Assembly (NCBI GenBank): GCA_024626585.2
Contig: JANKJI020000002.1
Coordinates: 263,685,052-263,702,002, forward strand
Direction of reading: 5' to 3'
Origin: Ginkgo biloba
Taxonomy: Eukaryota; Plantae; Ginkgophyta
DNA length: 16,951 nucleotides
Shown piece by piece: positions 11,870-16,951 of this stretch (its first letter is position 1; each line of letters opens with the position of its first letter). The position numbers and the translations under genes were made by a program. The notes beneath the pieces were generated by a model. The model did not search any database. It was not told the DNA's origin and saw only the letters and a program-made list of their open reading frames with translations.

Positions 11870-12309
11870 ATGAGGCAACTTCTGGTGCGTGCTGCCCGTG
11901 CTGCAACTCGAACCAGAGCTCTCCAAACTCCAAACTATGGATTATGTGATAAAAACGCATTTCTTCAATCTTTGCACTGTAGTGTTGGGCCTCTGATTGC
12001 CGAATGCTTGGTAAAAGGTGAGAAACTGTCTTTTATTCATAAACCAATCCCAAGCCTGTTTCAGACCCAGTCCATTGGATACTCCATTAGAAGCCTTTCC
12101 GCTGCTGCAAATGTAGAAGATAAGAGCCATCTGAAAGCGGAGAATGCGTCCCATGATGACCATCAGCTGGAGCCTGGCCATGGGGATGACCTATCAAAGA
12201 AAGGAGAAGGAGATGATGAAAACCAGGATCGCAAGAAACGGAAGAAGCCATTATTCACTCCAGCTACTTCCCTCTCGCAACTCACCAAGGAGGATATATG
12301 CACTTACAT
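11870..12309 (+). CDS. DAP3: First coding exon (partial, runs into gap) of a mitochondrion-targeted protein, probably small-subunit mitoribosomal protein mS29/DAP3
   Basis: 146 open codons with higher GC than the flanks. The Arg/Ala-rich N-terminus (MRQLLVRAARAATRTRAL) lacks acidic residues, and an R-S-L-S-A presequence cleavage-like motif (IRSLSAAA) follows. The C-terminal PLFTPATSLSQLTKEDICTY resembles the PLFT..xLSxL.xxD..xYFKF block I recall from plant mS29. The ORF-track extension beyond the gap is an artefact. Confidence 0.7.
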
Positions 12310-12559
12310 NNNNNNNNNNNNNNNNNNNNNNNNNNNNNNNNNNNNNNNNNNNNNNNNNNNNNNNNNNNNNNNNNNNNNNNNNNNNNNNNNNNNNNNNNNN
12401 NNNNNNNNNNNNNNNNNNNNNNNNNNNNNNNNNNNNNNNNNNNNNNNNNNNNNNNNNNNNNNNNNNNNNNNNNNNNNNNNNNNNNNNNNNNNNNNNNNNN
12501 NNNNNNNNNNNNNNNNNNNNNNNNNNNNNNNNNNNNNNNNNNNNNNNNNNNNNNNNNTT

Positions 12560-13570
12560 GCCACTTATATGTTAATTTTGATCCATTCAAAATTCAGCTT
12601 GCAACATTCGGAGTATATTGCTCGTTTCACTCCTATTTGGAGTGTAATTCTTGTGAGTTTATTTCGAAGTCTTGGAAATTTCACAGCCTATGTTTAGGAT
12701 TTTTTTTAATAGCTGATTATTTTCTCTTATACAATTATCTATTGTAACTGATTAACCTGCCATGGAGCAAAAACCGTATAAGTGAAATTAAACTCCAATG
12801 CTTCTCTCTCTCTTTCTGCCTCCCCCTTTTTTTTTGACTTCAAGAGCCCTCTCAAGTTTCTCTCCCATATAGCTAGGAGATATGCAGCCATACGCATGAA
12901 AGCCCATTTGGGCAGATATTCATATTTACATTTATATTTCAGTTGTAGAAGAATTTGTGTCTTAAGTATTTCTTGAATACTGATTCAAGATCTCTCTAAT
13001 GTTGAACATTTTTTAATATGATCTGAAAAATTTCCTTAATGATTAGATATGATCAATCTTTGATTGCTTCTGTTTTCAATCATTAGAATTTTTGTTTTTT
13101 GAATCATAGTCATAATTGTTCAACATTCTATGTTGATCTCGGATCAACATTAATGAAATTCTTACATATTGGTTCTTCCACAACTGAAATATGGAATTAA
13201 ATATTAAATTATGCCCAAATGTGCTTTCATGCCAATGGCTACATATCTCCTAGCAATGTGGGAGAGAAACCCAAGAGAGAGAGAAACCCAAGAGGCCTCT
13301 GAGAGCAAAAAAGCTCAAGATAGAGAGAGGGAAACTTTGGAGCTCAATTACATTTTTATGATTTTTGTGCCATGGGATTTTTTTAGAAGAATTCGTTATA
13401 ATAGATGATTGAGTGAGATAGAATAATCAGTTAAACATAAATGAGATCAAGAAAATCCTAAATAGAGGCAGTTATATTTTCAAGTGTTGCCCACATGGAT
13501 TATATTCCAAATAGGAGTGAAACCAAAAGTGATAATTCATGTATCAAAAATAAAAAATTTAGGTGAATTA
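12560..13570. repeat. Long imperfect palindrome (fold-back), arms about 450-500 bp, centred at 13060
   Basis: Perfect 18-bp inverted pair GTTTCACTCCTATTTGGA (12624-12641) / TCCAAATAGGAGTGAAAC (13506-13523). About 60 bp at 12856-12914 pairs with 13212-13270 with 6 mismatches. Pairing can be followed through to the centre CAATC-TTT-GATTG (13054-13066). The outermost 50-60 bp are weaker. Confidence 0.93.
13262..13295 (+). repeat. 17-bp tandem duplication in the right arm of the fold-back
   Basis: GAGAGAAACCCAAGAGA followed by GAGAGAAACCCAAGAGG; only one equivalent is present in the left arm. Confidence 0.85.
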
Positions 13571-13649
13571 GACCTCCTCTTTTTGTATATGATGGCCCCA
13601 ATCATTATTTCATTAGGATCTCAAAAGATCATTCTGGTACTACTAATGT

Positions 13650-14120
13650 AAATTAATGATTACCTTTCATTGGTTATTTAGTATAAACTCCACTATAGTA
13701 AGTTAAATATAATAACTCTCAAGGTGACCAAATATCATCTCCTAATAATGAAAATCAACATCAGAAAAGGATGAAATTCTTTAAAAGAAGAGCAAAGAGG
13801 ACTACCACCTTTCACTAGTCTAATGCCCCCATAAATACATCTATGGGATTAAGCCACCTATAAACTTATTGTCACACTACCTCAATAAGTCCTTCATGAA
13901 ATTCATCTTCTTCTATAATAGTTGACAATATTTATTAACTTATAGATTTCTACAACCTAGATAATCTCTACATGGAAAGATTCACTTATAGCAAATGAAA
14001 AAGACGCACACATTCACTATTATTATAGCATTTATAATTCCTAATAAACATAGGGATATATTATATTTTATATCATCTCATACAAACATTATAGAGATGA
14101 AAATCTAAGAACAAATTTCA
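13650..14120 (+). mobile_element. Possible highly eroded LINE reverse transcriptase fragment
   Basis: Faint motifs in the expected order: MKINIRKG (KxDxxKAYD-like), SSSIIVD (SILING-like), PR*SLHG/DSL (RGLRQGDxL-like), IISYKHYRDENL (ISHxxYADDTL-like). Each is weak on its own. Confidence 0.3.
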
Positions 14121-14600
14121 CTAGGCCTATATATTTTTAAAGATCACCATTTAGCTCTATTTCCCATGCTATTCATTTTCTATAATCTTTCTCAAACTGA
14201 AAACTAAGGTCCCATTGAGACATTTTTTGAAACATTTTACATGCATTCTATTTGCTAATATACTAGATGCCATTTGTTGTTGTTATCACTACAACATTAG
14301 TTTATAAATTCAAAGGAAGAAATGAAAGTATCTAAAAGAAGGCTTATCTCCTTGAATAGTATGCACATGGCATACATAAATATAATACAACCCATCCATT
14401 ACATTAAGTGACATTCTAAACTGATGAACTAGAATGTCCAAACTAGAGACGAACTACATTTATTGAATAGATAGGTGATCCCATCTAACAATATGCTTGA
14501 GATAGGTATATTTGAACTCCAAATAGAATACAAAAGTTAATGCTCAACCTATAGGTCATTATCTTCAAAACTCTTTATTTATCTTCTCTTTATTTGACAA

Positions 14601-15135
14601 TCAAAATGACTTGTTGTCTTCTTTATGCCTTGGATCCAAAGTATAAATAATGTTTTCCTCTGGATAATTGTCAGTGCTGGAAGCACTGATAGGATCGCAT
14701 ATGCAACCCTTATCTGAAGGGGATCCCATTAGCTCATGGGCTAGCTGGGTGTAGACTCTATGTTCTCTTTTCAAATTCTCCCATTCTAATCCTTTACTGG
14801 AACTTGCTCCTTTGTTGTTGGTCATTTTATCAACTTCCATCACACACCTAAACCTCGATATGTTTGGATAGATACTGATGCATAGGTCTCTAGAGAATCT
14901 ACTTTCAACCATAATTTGACAACAAGAATGTGAAACAATTGTAAGGTGATCAATATCTATATATAGTCCTTTCATAACCCTTCCTTTGTGTTCATTCATA
15001 CTACTAAAATCCAATAATATCCTCAATACTACAATCGCATTGTCCTATGACATTGAGGACTTATTTCTTCATTATGGGATGCTTTATCCAATCCATTTTA
15101 GATTAGATATGGTAATTATTCACCATGGGTAAGTT
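14601..15135 (-). mobile_element. LINE ORF1-like (DUF4283-type) remnant
   Basis: Minus strand reads PW*IITISNLKW ... VVLRILLDFSS ... KGLYIDIDHLT ... CQIMVESRFSRDLCISI. This parallels plant L1 ORF1 GPW...KW...VWxxLxxLPxEFW...GxxIxxDxxT...ARIxVExDxSxxLPxxI. Confidence 0.5.
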
Positions 15136-15308
15136 ATAACTATATACTAAAAATAGTATTATATATCCACCCATACATAATGAATCATATTAGTCAATAA
15201 TCTTATANNNNNNNNNNNNNNNNNNNNNNNNNNNNNNNNNNNNNNNNNNNNNNNNNNNNNNNNNNNNNNNNNNNNNNNNNNNNNNNNNNNNNNNNNNNNN
15301 NNNNNNNC

Positions 15309-16310
15309 AGTTTTCTCATTTGCCACAATCTTGGTCTGGAATTCTGTGGCAGAGTTGCCTACTCGCCCTGATTAATTCTTTGATTGTAGGAGATAATGAT
15401 GCCTTGGCTACCCAATAAGAAGAAGACAAAACTAGCAGAGCTATCGACATGGGTTGCTGCCTAAAAAGCACGTGCATCAAGTTCAAGGCCAATGCCAGAA
15501 CATGGTGCACACGAGAAGGATGGGCCCAACTCTTTACAGGAACAACTTGAACATAGATTTGCGTGACTAAGTCTAGGGAACGATCCATTGAGATCAAAGG
15601 GCAGCATGGATCTCGTTGAGGAGACTTGTGAAGGAGGAGCTGGGACCGGGGGGGGTGGCAGGATTCTGGCAAGAGCCCTATTCAACAAAGTCTATCAGAG
15701 GAGAAAAAGGAGTTTGTGGCCTAAGGAGAAATGATGGAAGATTGTCAAAAGAAGTGACAAGAAGTGATTATGGCTAATGACAAGCATCATGTGGAAGCAG
15801 AATCCACCTTGGGTGTTGCAAGTACAATTCAATTAGCAAGACTTGAAGGAATTGTCTACCCACTAAAGTTTTCTCATTCGCCATGATCTTCTCCAAAATT
15901 TTGAGATAGAGTTGCCTAGTCACCCTAAATTGTTGGAACAATTCGTAGATTGCAAAAGATATTGATGCCCAAGCTACCTAATAAGGAGGGGAACTTATTA
16001 ATATAGATTGTTGCCCAAAAAGTATGTCCATTAGGTATAAGGTCACCACCACAACATGGTGTGCATGAGGAGGATGGCGTCTACCCTTCCCTAGAAGATG
16101 TTGAACAAAGTTTCACATGACTAAGTTTGGAGGATGATCTCTCAAGATTAGAAGGTAACACAAGCACAATGAATCATGTCAAGGAGACTTATGAAGGAGG
16201 AACTAAGATCTAGGGGGATATTTCGGCAAGAGCCACATTCGACAAAGTCTACCAGAGGAGAAAACTATGTTTGTGGCCTAAGGAGAAGTGACTGAAGATT
16301 GCTAAAACAA
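15309..16310 (+). repeat. Diverged tandem repeat, unit about 558 bp, about 1.8 copies visible
   Basis: AGTTTTCTCATT at 15309 and 15867, identical GTTTGTGGCCTAAGGAGAA at 15712 and 16269, and colinear similarity between them. The left end is lost in the gap. Confidence 0.9.
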
Positions 16311-16433
16311 ATCAAGCAAAATGATGGATGACATCAAGTTGAGGGAGGAGGAAGAATCTCCCAACACATCTAGTGGTTGCCATGGTGTCATTAGTGAGAC
16401 TGACTGAGTGACATAGGTTGTCAACTTTTAGTT

Positions 16434-16951
16434 GGGAGGGGGGAGAACGAAGACCCCACTTGATACTATTACATTTATGAGATAATATGGGTGGCAAATT
16501 CAAAAAGATAGATTTATACACAATTTAAAAAAGAAAATCTGATTTCAAGTCTATAAGCTTCGAGAAAATGAACTTGAAGTTGACCTAAAAAGCATCTCTT
16601 TTTTGAGCTATTTCACATTGGTTTCACAAAAAGTAATAGTTTTTACAAAACAATTAACACATTTTGTAGCATTTTCTTATGAAAACTTAAAGTAGACNNN
16701 NNNNNNNNNNNNNNNNNNNNNNNNNNNNNNNNNNNNNNNAAAATTTGACTTGATTTGAGCTTTTTATACCTTCATAAAGTTAAATGCAAGTTTAGTTAGG
16801 ATTTTGACGTTGTTTTGAGTTGTCGTCCATTAGTGATTTTTGCAATACCAAATTCACAAGCTTTTGATAGTTTTTTGCAGATTTAGGAAGTTTTGATTTT
16901 TCTACCCCAAATCATATAAGGATCATTAAACTTGGCTAGTACATGAGCAAT
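16434..16951 (+). mobile_element. Polypurine tract and probable start of a 3' LTR
   Basis: 14-purine run GGGAGGGGGGAGAA (16434-16447) immediately followed by CGAAGACCCC, interpretable as an LTR start TGAAGACCCC with one substitution. The LTR end is not visible. Confidence 0.6.

Noticed and set aside
12558-12747. ORF-track continuations of the 11846, 12144 and 12298 ORFs across the N gap
   Set aside because: Frames are open only because Ns hide stops. The post-gap sequence is T-rich and belongs to the fold-back arm.
12782-13408. ORFs 12782-12976 and 13211-13408 as genes
   Set aside because: Both lie in the palindrome arms, include CT/GA low-complexity sequence and show no recognisable protein motif.
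15316-15688. Minus-strand ORFs 15316-15672 and 15461-15688
   Set aside because: No equivalent ORF is called in the second repeat unit, and no recognisable domain is present.
1-16951. Prokaryotic-type systems (CRISPR array, operon, retron, defence island) and tRNA/rRNA genes
   Set aside because: No regularly spaced short repeats, no dense coding, no recognisable structural RNA. The RT signals are ordinary decayed LINE and Gypsy sequences.

Overview
AT-rich, heavily gapped eukaryotic draft-assembly window with 11 N-runs, six of them exactly 100 N. It is most consistent with a large land-plant, gymnosperm-like genome (inference). It holds one credible host gene: the first coding exon (ATG 11870, running into the gap at 12310) of a nuclear-encoded mitochondrial protein resembling mitoribosomal mS29/DAP3. 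No second exon is recognisable before the window ends. The rest is mostly decayed retrotransposon sequence: three minus-strand LINE ORF2 3' fragments (zf-RVT; two are diverged colinear copies), a split Ty3/Gypsy protease and RT-RNase H remnant, a LINE ORF1-like remnant, and the 3' end of an LTR element (558-bp tandem unit, polypurine tract, LTR start). The most striking unexplained structure is a 0.9-1 kb imperfect palindrome with a 3-nt loop (about 12560-13570) just downstream of the exon, presumably in intron 1. I found no evidence for a novel multi-gene system; the fold-back is the best lead. All family assignments come from manual translation and remembered motifs, not from database searches.
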